This document shows positions 38,995-49,745 of a stretch of DNA of 64,000 nt, piece by piece. Source of the DNA: a bacterium (GTDB taxonomy: Bacteria > Sysuimicrobiota > Sysuimicrobiia > Sysuimicrobiales > Segetimicrobiaceae); assembly GCA_035307765.1 (NCBI GenBank), contig DATGHU010000007.1, positions 28,117-92,116 of the forward strand, read 5' to 3'. How positions within the stretch are numbered: the first letter of the stretch is position 1; each line of letters opens with the position of its first letter. A model generated the notes under the pieces. The model had not been told where the DNA came from. It did no database searches and saw only the letters and a list, made by a program, of their open reading frames with translations. The position numbers were made by a program, and so were the translations under genes.

Positions 38995-40077
38995 TCAGGT
39001 GAGGCGGGCGAGCACCGCGTCGGTCATCGCCGCGGTGCCGAGGGCGGGTCGTTCTCCGGCGAGATCCGCGGTGCGACACCCGTCTCTGAGCGCCTTCTGG
39101 ACGGCCGCTTCGATCGCCGCCGCGGGGGCCTCCTGGCCCAAGCCGTGGCGCAGGAGGAGCGCCCCGGTCAAGATCGCGGCGAGGGGGTTGGCGATCCCCC
39201 GCCCCGCGATGTCGGGGGCGGTCCCGTGCACCGGCTCGAACAACCCCGGGGGCTGGTCGCCCAAACTGGCGGAGGGCATCAGCCCGAGCGACCCCATCAC
39301 CCCCGCCGCCTCGTCGCTCAGGATGTCGCCGAACATGTTCTCCGTCACAATCACATCGAACTGCTTCGGACGGTAGACGAGTTGGAGCGCGCAGTTGTCG
39401 ACGAGCATGTGCTCGCATGTCACATCGGGAAACTCCCGCGCGACCTCGGTGGCGACCTCGCGCCACAGCCGGGAGGTCTCGAGCACGTTGGCCTTGTCCA
39501 CCGAGGTGACCTTGCGGCGAGGGCGCCGGCGGGCCACCTCGCAGGCCTTGCGGACGACCCGGCGCACCTCCACTGCCGAGTACGGGAGGGTGTCCATCGC
39601 CACCGCCTCCGCCCCCTGGCCGGTCCGTGATTGGGCCCCGAAGTAGAGGCCCCCCGTGAGCTCGCGCACGATCAAGATATCGGCGCCCTCAACCACCTCG
39701 CGCCGAAGCGGCGAGGCGCTGAGCAGAGCCGGCGAGATGGTCGCAGGGCGAAGGTTCGCGTACAGCCCGAACGTCTTGCGCAGGGTAAACAACGCCTGCT
39801 CGGGGCGGAGCTCGCGCGGTCCCCGGTCCCACTTCGGGCCTCCGCACGCACCCAGCAGGATCGCCTCGGACCGCCGGCACAGGTCAATCGTCTTCTCCGG
39901 GATGGGGTGTCCCACCGCGTCGATCGCGCCGCCGCCGGCGAGCCCTTCCTCAAACTCCAAGCCGAGCTCGTACCGCCGGTCGACCTCCGCGAGGACCCGG
40001 ACGGCCTCCGCGATCACCTCACGCCCGATCCCGTCCCCCGGAATCACCGCGACCCGCCTCGTCCGCCCCGCGTTCAT
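38995..40077 (-). CDS. leuB: 3-isopropylmalate dehydrogenase
   Basis: IMDH family motifs ([11 protein letters not shown]); ATG 40077 forms ATGA with cimA stop. Confidence 0.95.
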   Translation of the reverse strand: MNAGRTRRVAVIPGDGIGREVIAEAVRVLAEVDRRYELGLEFEEGLAGGGAIDAVGHPIPEKTIDLCRRSEAILLGACGGPKWDRGPRELRPEQALFTLRKTFGLYANLRPATISPALLSASPLRREVVEGADILIVRELTGGLYFGAQSRTGQGAEAVAMDTLPYSAVEVRRVVRKACEVARRRPRRKVTSVDKANVLETSRLWREVATEVAREFPDVTCEHMLVDNCALQLVYRPKQFDVIVTENMFGDILSDEAAGVMGSLGLMPSASLGDQPPGLFEPVHGTAPDIAGRGIANPLAAILTGALLLRHGLGQEAPAAAIEAAVQKALRDGCRTADLAGERPALGTAAMTDAVLARLT

Positions 40078-41657
40078 GGGCGCACCCCGGCCCGGTCGCC
40101 CAGGAGCACGTACTCCAGGCTGTCGACGAGCGCCTGCCACGAGGCTTCCACGACGTTCTCGGAGACGCCCACCGTCCCCCAGGTCCGAACCCCGTCCGTC
40201 GATTGGATCAGCACGCGGACCTTTGCGGCGGTGGCGGCTCCGGCGTTCAGCACCCGCACCTTGTAGTCCACCAGCCGCACGCCGCGGATCTCCGGGTAGA
40301 ATCGCTCCAGGGCCTTGCGCAGCGCGCGATCAAGCGCGTGCACCGGGCCGTTGCCCTCCGCCGCCGTGTGCTCCTCCTGGCCATCGACCGCGACCCGGAT
40401 GCTCGCTTCGGCGGCGGCCTCGCCGTGCGGGCCTCGTTCCACCATCACGCGCAACCCCTTCAGCGTAAACGCGGGGCGATGCTGGCCCATGGTGCGACGC
40501 ACGAGGAGCTCGAACGACGCCTCGGCCCCCTCGAATTGGAACCCGGCGTGCTCCAGGGATTTGAGCTCCGCCAGAATCTCCCGCACCTCCGGCCGGTCCT
40601 TGCTGAGGTCCAGCCCCATCTCCGCGGCCTTGTACAGCACGTTGGCCCGGCCCGAGAGATCGCTGACGACGACGCGCCGCTCGTTGCCCACGACCTCCGG
40701 AGGGATGTGCTCGTACGTCGGCGGGTGCGCCATCACGGCGCTGACGTGAACCCCACCCTTGTGGGCGAACGCGTTCTTGCCCACAAACGGCTGGTATTCG
40801 TCGGGGGCCATGTTGGCCAGCTCGCTGACGAGCCGGGAAAGCTCCCCCAACCGGCGGAGCGAGGCAGCCGGCACGCAGTCGTACCCGAGCTTCAGCTGGA
40901 GGTTCGGGATGAGTGAGACCAAGTTGGCGTTGCCGCAGCGCTCGCCGATTCCGTTGATCGTCCCCTGGACGTGAACGACCCCGGCGCGCACCGCGACGAT
41001 CGCGTTCGCCACCCCGACCTCACCGTCATTGTGCGTGTGAATCCCGAGCGGCGCGGCGATCGCGCTCCGGGCGGCCTCCACCCCCGCCCGGATGTCGAAG
41101 GGGAGGCACCCGCCGTTCGTGTCGCAGAGCACGACGACGTCGGCGCCGCCCCGGTGGGCGGCGGTCAGCGTGGCCAGCGCGTACGCCGGGGTGGCCTTCC
41201 ACCCGTCGAAGTAGTGCTCCGCGTCGTAGATGACCTCCGCGCCCCGGTGCTTGAGAAACCGTACGGAGTCTTCGACCATCCGAAGATTCTCCTCGAGCGT
41301 GGTGCGGAGTGCCTCCCGCACGTGGAGGTCCCAGGATTTTCCGAACACCGCGACCGCGGGGGTGCCCGCCGCGAGCATCACCCGCAAGTTCTCGTCCTGA
41401 TCCGCCGGGGTGCCGGCCCGCCTGGTGCTGCCGAACGCGGTTACCTTCGCGTGGCGCCACGAATGGCGCCGGGCCTGCTCGAAGAACTCGAGGTCCCGGG
41501 GGTTGCTGCCCGGCCACCCTCCCTCGATGTAGTCAACGCCAAACTCGTCGAGGCGTTCGGCGATCCGCAGCTTGTCCGCAGCACTCAGGGTGATGCCGGC
41601 GCCCTGGGTCCCGTCCCGGAGGGTCGTGTCGTACAGGGCGATGCGCACGGAGGCCAT
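40074..41657 (-). CDS. cimA: (R)-citramalate synthase, LeuA-family type (CimA-like)
   Basis: 527 aa; [14 protein letters not shown]-terminus and C-terminal LeuA-dimer-like regulatory domain; paralogous to adjacent leuA. Confidence 0.75.
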   Translation of the reverse strand: MASVRIALYDTTLRDGTQGAGITLSAADKLRIAERLDEFGVDYIEGGWPGSNPRDLEFFEQARRHSWRHAKVTAFGSTRRAGTPADQDENLRVMLAAGTPAVAVFGKSWDLHVREALRTTLEENLRMVEDSVRFLKHRGAEVIYDAEHYFDGWKATPAYALATLTAAHRGGADVVVLCDTNGGCLPFDIRAGVEAARSAIAAPLGIHTHNDGEVGVANAIVAVRAGVVHVQGTINGIGERCGNANLVSLIPNLQLKLGYDCVPAASLRRLGELSRLVSELANMAPDEYQPFVGKNAFAHKGGVHVSAVMAHPPTYEHIPPEVVGNERRVVVSDLSGRANVLYKAAEMGLDLSKDRPEVREILAELKSLEHAGFQFEGAEASFELLVRRTMGQHRPAFTLKGLRVMVERGPHGEAAAEASIRVAVDGQEEHTAAEGNGPVHALDRALRKALERFYPEIRGVRLVDYKVRVLNAGAATAAKVRVLIQSTDGVRTWGTVGVSENVVEASWQALVDSLEYVLLGDRAGVRP

Positions 41658-41662
41658 CGGGG

Positions 41663-43198
41663 CTACCCGTAGACGTTCGTCATCCAGTGCTGCCGTTCGT
41701 AAATGATCTTGTTGACCGCGGCGACGTAGGCCTTCGCGCTCGCCTCGAGCACATCGGTGCTCGTCCCGCGTCCGATGAACAGCCCGTCCCCGTCCCGGAC
41801 TTTGACGGTCGCCTCCCCCATCGCATCGGTCCCCCCGGTCACGGCCTTGATCGCGTAGTCGGCCAGCGACGGGGAGAGACCCACGATCGCGTTGATCGCG
41901 TTGTACATCGCATCGACCGGGCCGTCCCCCGTGGCCTCCTGGGTAAAGACTTCGCTCCCCCGCGCCAGGGTGATCTCGGCCATGGGCGCAAGCGTGCTGC
42001 TCGTCGAGATTCGAAACGCTTTGAGGGCGTAGGTGTGCGGGACGCCGCGGCGCTCGCCTTCCACAAGAGCGATGATGTCCTCGGTCGTCACTTGCTTCTT
42101 CTTGTCGCAGAGCGCCTTGAACGCCTCAAATGCCTGGCGCAACTCTCCTTCGGAGAGCCGGATCCCGTTGCCCTCGAGGAGATTCTTGAAGGCGTGCCGA
42201 CCGGAGTGCTTCCCCAGCACCAGTTTGTTGCTCGGGATGCCGATCGCCTCGGGGGTCATGATCTCGTAGGTCTCCCGGTTCGCCAACACCCCGTGTTGGT
42301 GGATGCCGGCTTCGTGGGCGAACGCGTTGTCGCCGACCACGGCCTTGTTGGGTTGAACCGGAATCCCCGTAATCGCGCTGATCAGCCGGCTGACGCGGTA
42401 GATCTTCGTCGTGTCGATCGCCGTCTCGTGCCCGTAGTAGTTCCGGCGGGTATGCAGGGCCATCACGATCTCCTCGAGCGATGCGTTGCCCGCCCGCTCG
42501 CCGATGCCGTTGATCGTGCACTCAACCTGGCGGGCGCCCACCTGCACGGCGGCAAGCGAATTGGCCACGGCCAGCCCGAGATCGTCGTGGCAGTGCACGC
42601 TCCAGACCACCCGGTCGCTCCCGGGAATCCGTTCCATCAGCGACCGGAGCAAGGTGGCGTACTCCTCGGGGGTGGCGTAGCCCACGGTATCGGGGACGTT
42701 GATCGTCGAGGCCCCGGCCTTGATCGCCCCATCGAATACGCGGCACAGGAACTCCGGGTCCGAGCGGCTGGCGTCCTCCGCGGAGAACTCCACGTCGTCG
42801 GTAAAGCCGCGGGCGTAGCGCACGGCGTCGATCGACGCCTCCAACACCTGGTCGGGCGTCATCCGCAGCTTGTGCTCCATGTGAATCGGGGAGGTGGCAA
42901 TGAAGGTGTGGATCCGCGGCCGTTCGGCCTCCCGCACCGCCTCGACCACCGCATCGATGTCCGCGTGGTTGGCCCTCGCCAGGCCCGCAATTGCCGTCCC
43001 CCGGACCTCGCGCGAGATCAACTTGACGCCCTCGAGGTCCCCCTTGCTGCTGATCGGGAATCCGGCTTCGATCACATCCACCCGCATCGCCGCAAGGGCC
43101 CGGGCGACCTCGAGCTTCTCCTCCGTGTTCATCGTGAACCCGGGGGACTGTTCGCCGTCCCGCAGCGTCGTGTCAAAGATCCGGATCGTTGCTCCCAT
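41663..43198 (-). CDS. leuA: 2-isopropylmalate synthase
   Basis: 511 aa; [31 protein letters not shown]. Confidence 0.95.
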   Translation of the reverse strand: MGATIRIFDTTLRDGEQSPGFTMNTEEKLEVARALAAMRVDVIEAGFPISSKGDLEGVKLISREVRGTAIAGLARANHADIDAVVEAVREAERPRIHTFIATSPIHMEHKLRMTPDQVLEASIDAVRYARGFTDDVEFSAEDASRSDPEFLCRVFDGAIKAGASTINVPDTVGYATPEEYATLLRSLMERIPGSDRVVWSVHCHDDLGLAVANSLAAVQVGARQVECTINGIGERAGNASLEEIVMALHTRRNYYGHETAIDTTKIYRVSRLISAITGIPVQPNKAVVGDNAFAHEAGIHQHGVLANRETYEIMTPEAIGIPSNKLVLGKHSGRHAFKNLLEGNGIRLSEGELRQAFEAFKALCDKKKQVTTEDIIALVEGERRGVPHTYALKAFRISTSSTLAPMAEITLARGSEVFTQEATGDGPVDAMYNAINAIVGLSPSLADYAIKAVTGGTDAMGEATVKVRDGDGLFIGRGTSTDVLEASAKAYVAAVNKIIYERQHWMTNVYG

Positions 43199-43234
43199 GG
43201 CCCGTCCTCCGCGCGTCCCCCGTCGTCCGGGAGG

Positions 43235-44284
43235 CTAGCGCTTGGCTTTCGCTTCGGATTTCTTGGCCGCCGGCTTCGCGCCGCCGACGTCCCGCTTCAA
43301 CCAGGGCATCATCGCGCGCAGTTGGCGCCCGATCTCCTCGATGGGATGATCGGCCTCCTGGCGGTACCGGGCGTTGAACACGGGGCGCCCGGCCTCATTC
43401 TCCAGGATCCACTCCTTGGCAAACGTCCCGCTCTGAATCTCGGCGAGAATCCGGCGCATCTCGGCCCGGGTCTCCTCCGTGATGATCCGCTTGCCCCGGG
43501 TGAAGTCCCCGAACTTGGCCGTGTTGCTGACCGAGTAGCGCATCAACCCGAGGCCGCCCTCGTAGATGAGGTCGACGATGAGCTTCATCTCGTGCAGGCA
43601 TTCGAAGTACGCGATCTCCGGGGCGTACCCGGCGTTGACCAGCGTCTCGAATCCCGCCTTGATCAGCTCCGTGATCCCCCCGCAGAGCACCGACTGCTCG
43701 CCGAACAGATCGCTCTCGGTCTCCTCCCGAAACGTCGTCTCGATGACGCCGGCGCGCAGGCTGCCGATCCCGTGGGCGTAGGCCAGGGCGGTGGCCTTGG
43801 CCTTCCCGGTGAAATCCTGGTGGATCGCGAGCAGCGACGGCACCCCCTTCCCTTCCGCGAACATCCGGCGCAGCAGGTGCCCCGGGCTCTTGGGGGCGAT
43901 CATGAAAACATCAACGTCCGGCGGCGGCACGATCTGGTGAAAGTGGATGCTGAAGCCGTGCGAGACCCCGATCGCCTTGCCCCGGGTCGCATGCGGCTGG
44001 ATCTCCTCGCGAAAGACCCGAGCCTGAATCTCGTCCGGGATCAGGATCTGGATGATGTCCGCCTGCGCCGCGGCCTCCGGGACCGTGGTCACCTCGAGAC
44101 CGTCCTGCTCGGCCTGCGCCCAGGATCGGCTCCCGCGGTAGAGGCCGACCACCACCGACATCCCGCTGTCGCCGAGGTTTTGCGCATGGGCGTGGCCTTG
44201 ACTTCCGTAGCCGATCACGGCCACGCGCTTGCCCCGGAGGATATTCAGGTTGGCGTCCTGTTCGTAGTAGACCTTCGCGGGCAT
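43235..44284 (-). CDS. ilvC: Ketol-acid reductoisomerase
   Basis: [13 protein letters not shown]; ATG 44284 (MPAKVYY). Confidence 0.95.
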   Translation of the reverse strand: MPAKVYYEQDANLNILRGKRVAVIGYGSQGHAHAQNLGDSGMSVVVGLYRGSRSWAQAEQDGLEVTTVPEAAAQADIIQILIPDEIQARVFREEIQPHATRGKAIGVSHGFSIHFHQIVPPPDVDVFMIAPKSPGHLLRRMFAEGKGVPSLLAIHQDFTGKAKATALAYAHGIGSLRAGVIETTFREETESDLFGEQSVLCGGITELIKAGFETLVNAGYAPEIAYFECLHEMKLIVDLIYEGGLGLMRYSVSNTAKFGDFTRGKRIITEETRAEMRRILAEIQSGTFAKEWILENEAGRPVFNARYRQEADHPIEEIGRQLRAMMPWLKRDVGGAKPAAKKSEAKAKR

Positions 44285-44298
44285 CGTTCCGCCCCTCC

Positions 44299-44784
44299 TC
44301 ACGTAGGCTGGGTGCCCCGAACCAGGGTCACCTGGCCCGTGCGCACCATCTCGCGAATGCCGTACTTCTGCACCAGCGAGAGGATCGCGTCGATCTTGTC
44401 CGAACGACCGGTGACCTCCAGGGTCATCGTCTTCTCGGTCAGGTCGACGACGTTGGCCCGGAACACGTTGCAGATCTCCATGATCTCCATCCGCGTCGCC
44501 GGGGTCGCGTTGAGCTTGATCAGCGCCAGTTCCCGGTCAACGGTGCTGAAGCCGGTGACGTCGTTGACCTTGATGACCTCCATCAGCTTGTTGAGCTGTT
44601 TGATGATCTGCTCGAGGATCTCCGGTTCCCCCTCGACGGCGATGATCATCCGGGAGACGGTCGGCTGCTCGGTGACGCCCACCGCCAGGCTGTGGATGTT
44701 GTACCCGCGGCGCCGGAAAAGACCGGCGACCTTCATCAGGACGCCGGGGGCGTTCTCCACAAGCACCGAGATGGTGTGCTTCAT
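44299..44784 (-). CDS. ilvN: Acetolactate synthase small (regulatory) subunit
   Basis: 161 aa ACT-domain protein [16 protein letters not shown]...; the 392-aa ORF-track call is an artifact extension. Confidence 0.9.
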   Translation of the reverse strand: MKHTISVLVENAPGVLMKVAGLFRRRGYNIHSLAVGVTEQPTVSRMIIAVEGEPEILEQIIKQLNKLMEVIKVNDVTGFSTVDRELALIKLNATPATRMEIMEICNVFRANVVDLTEKTMTLEVTGRSDKIDAILSLVQKYGIREMVRTGQVTLVRGTQPT

Positions 44785-44837
44785 GGGCCTGGGGGCCTCT
44801 CCGCGCGCGCCGCCCGGCAGGTCAACGACGGCGGTGC

Positions 44838-46568
44838 TCACTTTCCCTCGATGATCATTTCCTTGATCGACTGGCCGGACGGGATCATCGGGTAGCAGTT
44901 CTCCTCCGGCCGGCAGAAGAAGTTGACCAGGCACGGCCGGTCGGTGATCTCCAGCGAGCGTACGATCGCGGGGGCGACCTCCTCCGGCCGCCGGGCGGTG
45001 AGGCCGACCGCGCCGAACGCCTCGGCGACCTTGGCGAAGTCCGGATTCTGCAGGAAGACATGCGAGTACCGCTCCCGGTAGAACAGCTGCTGCCACTGCC
45101 GGACCATCCCCAGCGATCCATTGTTGATGAGGTAGATCTTGATCGGCAGGCCCCACTCCACCGCGGTGGCCAGATCCTGCAGCGTCATCTGGAATCCGCC
45201 GTCGCCGACGATCGCGCAGACGAGCGCGTCCGGGCGCCCGATCTGCGCGCCGAGCGCCGCGGGGAACCCGAACCCCATCGCGCCAAGCCCACCGGAAGTG
45301 ACCCAGGTGCGCGGTTCGGTGGAGCGGTAGAATTGGGCCGCCCACATCTGGTGCTGCCCGACATCGGTGACGACAATGGCCTTCCCTTGCGTCGCGCGGT
45401 AGATCTCGTCGATCGCAAACTGGGGCAGGATCGCGTCCCCCTCCTGCCGGTAGCGGAGCGGGTAGCGGTCCTTCCATTCGGCGATCTGCCGGTGCCAGGC
45501 CTGGCAGTCCGGCGGCGTGACTTGAGCGGCAAGAACGCGCAGGGCTTCCCTGGCATCCCCCACGATCGGGACGTGCGCCGGCTTGTTCTTGCCGATCTCT
45601 GCCGGATCGATGTCGATGTGGATGAATTTAGCGTTTGGGGCGAAGTCCTTGAGCCGGCCGGTGACTCGGTCGTCGAACCGGACGCCCACGGCCAGGATCA
45701 CGTCGGCGGCGTTTGTGGCGTAGTTGGCATAGGCCGTCCCATGCATCCCCAGCATCCCCAACGACAGTGGGTCGGTCTCGGGGAACCCGCCTTTGCCCAT
45801 CAGCGTCGTGGTGACGGGGATGCGGGTCTTGCGGGCCAGCGCGGTCAGTTCGGCCGCGGCGTTGCTGCTGAGGACGCCCCCACCCGCGTAGATCACCGGC
45901 TGCGACGCCTGGCTGAGCAGCGAAGCCGCCGCGGCGATCTGATTCGGGCTCGGCACGGCCGGGGGGACTTTGCCGCTGCGCAGGGTGACCTGCTCGGGGA
46001 ACTCGAAGTCCGCCTCGGTGGCGGCAATGTCCCTCGGGATGTCGACGAGCACCGGCCCCGGCCGCCCCGTGCCGGCGATGAGAAAGCACTGCAGCACCAT
46101 CCGTGGCAGGTCGGCGGGGGTCTGCACGAGGCAGTTGTGCTTGGTGACGGGCATCGACATCCCCATCACGTCCGCTTCTTGAAACGCATCGGTGCCGATC
46201 ACCTTGGTGCTGACCTGTCCCGTGATCGCGACGATCCCCGCGGAGTCCATCATCGCGTCGGTGATCCCGGTGAGCAAATTCGTCGCCCCGGGCCCCGAGG
46301 TGGCCATGCAGACGCCGACCTTCCCGGTCACCCGGTGGTAGCCGACCGCCGCGTGCGCGGCAACCTGTTCGTGGCGGACCAGGACGTGACGAATCTGACG
46401 GGCATCGTACAGCGCATCGTACAATGGAAGGGCGGCGCCTCCGGGATGCCCAAAGATCACCTCCACCCCGACCCGATCGAGGCATTCGATCAATGCGCGG
46501 GCCCCGGACATCCGCTTGATCGTGCTGGTCCCCGCCGTCCTCGTTCCTGGCACCGTCTGTCGGGCCAT
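44838..46568 (-). CDS. ilvB: Acetolactate synthase large subunit
   Basis: ThDP enzyme motifs; ATG 46568 with GGGGATTGAGGA SD; N-terminus MARQ...[11 protein letters not shown]. Confidence 0.9.
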   Translation of the reverse strand: MARQTVPGTRTAGTSTIKRMSGARALIECLDRVGVEVIFGHPGGAALPLYDALYDARQIRHVLVRHEQVAAHAAVGYHRVTGKVGVCMATSGPGATNLLTGITDAMMDSAGIVAITGQVSTKVIGTDAFQEADVMGMSMPVTKHNCLVQTPADLPRMVLQCFLIAGTGRPGPVLVDIPRDIAATEADFEFPEQVTLRSGKVPPAVPSPNQIAAAASLLSQASQPVIYAGGGVLSSNAAAELTALARKTRIPVTTTLMGKGGFPETDPLSLGMLGMHGTAYANYATNAADVILAVGVRFDDRVTGRLKDFAPNAKFIHIDIDPAEIGKNKPAHVPIVGDAREALRVLAAQVTPPDCQAWHRQIAEWKDRYPLRYRQEGDAILPQFAIDEIYRATQGKAIVVTDVGQHQMWAAQFYRSTEPRTWVTSGGLGAMGFGFPAALGAQIGRPDALVCAIVGDGGFQMTLQDLATAVEWGLPIKIYLINNGSLGMVRQWQQLFYRERYSHVFLQNPDFAKVAEAFGAVGLTARRPEEVAPAIVRSLEITDRPCLVNFFCRPEENCYPMIPSGQSIKEMIIEGK

Positions 46569-46885
46569 GATCCTCAATCCCCTTTCCCGCCGGAACTGCC
46601 AACGACGTCCCGAAAAAAATACAAACCGCGCGGAGTCCTCTAAGGACGGGACTCCCCGCGGTACCACCTTAGTTCCGCCCGGGCGTCGAGACCCGGCACG
46701 GCCCTCTCCCCCGTCTCGGTGGGTTCCGGCGGGTGCTACTCGGCGAACTCCTCGTCCGCCTTTGGTTCCCGCAGCTCGGAGATGAGAGTTCGCAGCACCG
46801 GATGCCGGTTCACACCTGACCCGGCTCTCTCGGATCCGGCGTGCTGCGTCCTGCTCTCGTCATTGCCTATATTCGTGGGGCTTTC
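46569..46885 (-). ncRNA. T-box riboswitch leader of ilv-leu operon (candidate Leu CUC specifier)
   Basis: Conserved T-box motif UAAGGUGGUACCGCGG (46656..46671) overlapping 5' strand of terminator; antiterminator helices flanking UGGUACC bulge; stem-I-like AAUGA/GAGAGAG and distal loop elements; GAACUCU specifier-like loop. Confidence 0.55.
46613..46661 (-). terminator. Intrinsic terminator of T-box leader (13-bp stem CCGCGGGGAGUCC/GGACUCCGCGCGG + UUUGUAUUUUUUU)
   Basis: Seen directly, 45 nt upstream of ilvB ATG. Confidence 0.6.
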
Positions 46886-46889
46886 GGAG

Positions 46890-46918
46890 AATGTACCAAA
46901 CTCGCCCTGCTTTGTCAA
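46890..46918 (-). promoter_or_regulatory. Putative ilv-leu promoter (TTGACA-N17-TACATT)
   Basis: Lies inside a 92-aa ORF-track call (46736..47014) that is therefore judged non-coding. Confidence 0.4.
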
Positions 46919-47010
46919 GAAATTGCGGTCGGCTCGTGCGGATTCGGGATGTAGGCACGCGACACCTCGCGGGAGCACGGCGTGGTCGTCGCTGGCGTGA
47001 TCTGGCAACG

Positions 47011-47424
47011 TCATCGCCCCACGGCCCCCGTCATATACGCGCGACCCACGAGGGCGGCGAGGAACAAGCAGAGGACGAGCATCCAGCGCGATTCCCTATA
47101 CGCCTGGTCGTCCCTGGCAAAAGTCCATCGGAGGGTCCCACCAGGTCGGAGGCCGTAGAGGGCGATGAGTGTGAGCACGATGAGCCCACCGTACATGAGA
47201 TGATACTCGGTCCGCGGGCGGGCGCCACGAGCGAGGAGGTCGATCCCGAGGATGCCTTGGATGCCCAGGGGAATCTGCGCCGCCCAGAGAATCCACCAGA
47301 AAATGTGCGGGAGGCGGGTGCGTCCGGTCAGGTCTCCGAAGAGCGCCAGCGCGACGCAGAGCCCGTCGCCGACGAGCGTGAGACCCATCAAGAGGAGAGA
47401 GGCGTGCCCGTGGATGAGACTCAT
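47011..47424 (-). CDS. Hypothetical 4-TM membrane protein
   Basis: 137 aa, hydrophobic, non-artifact composition; no recognisable family. Confidence 0.5.
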   Translation of the reverse strand: MSLIHGHASLLLMGLTLVGDGLCVALALFGDLTGRTRLPHIFWWILWAAQIPLGIQGILGIDLLARGARPRTEYHLMYGGLIVLTLIALYGLRPGGTLRWTFARDDQAYRESRWMLVLCLFLAALVGRAYMTGAVGR

Positions 47425-47480
47425 CGAGGGACCACCATCCTAAGGTTCGTCCGGTCACCCATCGTTCCTCCCGAGCGGGA

Positions 47481-48257
47481 TTGATGAGCGACCACGCCAA
47501 GCACGCGGTTCGGGCTCAATTCGGGCGTCAGGCGTCTTGGTATGCGGTCAGCGCCTTCCACAGCCAGTCCGAGGGGTTGGGCGAACTGATCCGGCTCGCG
47601 GCCCCCACTTCCGAGGCGTGCGCACTCGACGTCGCCACCGGCACCGGATTCACCGCCCTGGCGCTCGCTCCGCGGGTCGGTCGGGTCGTGGGGTTGGACC
47701 TCACCCTGGGAATGCTGCGGGAGGCGGGACGCCTCGCCGCAGATCGGGGAGTCTCCAATCTGACCCTGTGCCTGGGGGATGCCGAAGCCTTGCCGTTTTG
47801 GTCCAGCGCCTTCAACATTGTGACGTGCCGGGTCGCCGCCCATCATTTTCCCGATCTGCCCAGGGCGCTCGCTGAAATGGCGCGGGTCGTCAAGACGGGG
47901 GGACGGGTCGTCCTCGACGACACCTGTGCCCCGGAGATCCCGGAGCTCGCCCGGCTCATGAACGACTGGGAACTGCGGCGCGACCGATCGCACGTGGCGA
48001 ATCATCCGCCCAGCCGGCTGCGCGCGATGCTCGAACAGAGCGGCCTGCGGGTTCGGGCGGCGACCATGACTCAGGTCCCGCAGGAGTTCGAGGACTGGGC
48101 TCAGCGGGGCGGCGTTCCGCGAGGTGAAGCGGCTGAACTCCGCGAGCAGATGCGCGGCGCGCCGCCGGAAGCTCAGGCCGCCTTTGCGATTCAAGTGGAC
48201 GGCGACCGCCTGCAGTTTGCCTGGGATGAAATCGTCATCCTCGCCATCAAACAGTAG
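47481..48257 (+). CDS. Class I SAM-dependent methyltransferase (UbiE/Methyltransf_11-like)
   Basis: LDVATGTG motif I, downstream motifs II/III. Confidence 0.85.
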   Translation: MMSDHAKHAVRAQFGRQASWYAVSAFHSQSEGLGELIRLAAPTSEACALDVATGTGFTALALAPRVGRVVGLDLTLGMLREAGRLAADRGVSNLTLCLGDAEALPFWSSAFNIVTCRVAAHHFPDLPRALAEMARVVKTGGRVVLDDTCAPEIPELARLMNDWELRRDRSHVANHPPSRLRAMLEQSGLRVRAATMTQVPQEFEDWAQRGGVPRGEAAELREQMRGAPPEAQAAFAIQVDGDRLQFAWDEIVILAIKQ

Positions 48258-48311
48258 CTGACCGGACGGGACCGCCGCAGCGGCCGCGTCCCCGCGGCGC
48301 GCGAACCGCGA

Positions 48312-49466
48312 TCAGGATAGGTACGCCTGGGCCAGCGCGGCGTAGAATCGGATCGCCTCTAGGTACGCCGGCAGCGCGACCCACTCGTCGGGTTGATGGC
48401 AGACACTCGCCTCGCCCGGCCCGTATACGACGACCGGCACCTTGAGCGCGGGCTGATACACCGAGGCATCCGTGAAGTACGCCAGCCCGACCGGCGCCCG
48501 TGGTGCCGTCCCGTCTCGCGTGACAACCTCCCGAGCCAGACGGACCACCGGAGCCTCAGGATCCGTCTGCACGGGAGGCCTGGACGTCAAGACCTCTACC
48601 TCGACCGGAAATCCCAGGTCACCCAGCGCCCCCCGCACGTCCCGCTCGAGACCCGCGTGATCCAATCCCGGCACCGTCCGCATGTCCACTTCCGCCCGAC
48701 AGCGATCCGGGACGACGTTCACGGAGTGCCCTCCTTGGATCGTGTTGATGCTCATCGTCGCCTGCCCCAAGAGTGGATGGGCGTCGGCGGGCAGCCTAAA
48801 CCGCTCGAGGCGGTCGATGACCCTGTGCATCAGCAGCAGCGCGTTCACGCCCCTTTCCGGCATCGCCCCATGGGCTGTCTGCCCTCGAGTCGTCAGCCTG
48901 AGCCAGAGCGCGCCTTTGTGCGCAATGGCCACTTCGCCTCCGGTGGGCTCTCCGACGACGATGGCATCGACCCCCGAGAGCCCTCCCGTGTCGATAAACG
49001 ACCGGGCCCCCAGGCAATCCACCTCCTCCCCTGCGGAGGCGGCGAGGACGAGATCGCCACGCAGCGGCACGCCCCTCCGACGCAAGAGGAGCACCGCCAG
49101 CACCATCGCCGCGAGGCCGGATTTCATGTCGCAGGCGCCCCGCCCATACAGTCGATCGCCGGCGAGATCGGCGGACCACGGACCGTGCTGCCAGGGCGCC
49201 TCTCCCGGCGGGACGGTGTCGGTGTGGCCGCTCAGGACAAGCGTCGGACCACCCCCGCTCCCGCGGAGGCGCGCGACCAGGTTGGCGCGGCCCGGGGAGA
49301 GCCGGTGCAGCTCCACGGGAAGCCCCTCCCGCTCAAATCGCCGGCTCAGCAGGGAAGTCACCCGCTCCTCGTTGCCCGGGGGATTGACGCTCTCCGCCCT
49401 GACGCACTCGGCGAGCAGCGCCACGGCCTCCTGCGGGTCCACCTGCACCTCCGAAGCACGGGGCAT
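48312..49466 (-). CDS. M20 family metallopeptidase (ArgE/DapE-like deacylase)
   Basis: SGHTDTVP, ACDMKSG, GEE motifs; ATG 49466; the 696-aa ORF-track extension is artifact. Confidence 0.85.
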   Translation of the reverse strand: MPRASEVQVDPQEAVALLAECVRAESVNPPGNEERVTSLLSRRFEREGLPVELHRLSPGRANLVARLRGSGGGPTLVLSGHTDTVPPGEAPWQHGPWSADLAGDRLYGRGACDMKSGLAAMVLAVLLLRRRGVPLRGDLVLAASAGEEVDCLGARSFIDTGGLSGVDAIVVGEPTGGEVAIAHKGALWLRLTTRGQTAHGAMPERGVNALLLMHRVIDRLERFRLPADAHPLLGQATMSINTIQGGHSVNVVPDRCRAEVDMRTVPGLDHAGLERDVRGALGDLGFPVEVEVLTSRPPVQTDPEAPVVRLAREVVTRDGTAPRAPVGLAYFTDASVYQPALKVPVVVYGPGEASVCHQPDEWVALPAYLEAIRFYAALAQAYLS

Positions 49467-49745
49467 GCGGCGCCTCTCCTTCAAGCTCGACGTTGACGCG
49501 GGGCGTTGCCGGCCCTTTGGCAGTCCTCCGTTCACTGCCCGCGCAACCCTCCCCTGCCCCCGTGCGAGGCGTCCGGGGCGCAACGCGCGACCGCCGAGCA
49601 CTCCCCCGCGCCTGCCTGCAGCGGCGGAAGGAGAACACCCGCACCCACGGCAAACCATGCGCCCATGGCCCTCCGGCATGAGCGTCCGCACCGCTCGGCC
49701 GACGTCTGTCACGCCGGGGCGGCCGACGAAACAGGAGCCCACCCC

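Noticed and set aside
41687-44854. 1055-aa plus-strand ORF (and similar long antisense ORFs at 4716..6194, 8329..9711, 12347..13339, 20083..21756, 33699..35000, 58481..60616)
   Set aside because: All lie antisense to strongly supported genes and have GC-artifact composition (R, P, G, A, H, D runs) with no motifs.
46660-46736. Leader-peptide attenuation for ilvB (Ile/Val/Leu-rich mini-ORF)
   Set aside because: The only short frames there (e.g. [19 protein letters not shown]) are not enriched in branched-chain codons. The T-box architecture explains the terminator.
46736-47014. 92-aa minus-strand ORF between the membrane protein and ilvB (ATGA-coupled to the upstream gene)
   Set aside because: It overlaps the predicted ilv promoter and T-box stem I. 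The coupling is more likely coincidental, and the C-terminus [20 protein letters not shown] reads through structured RNA.
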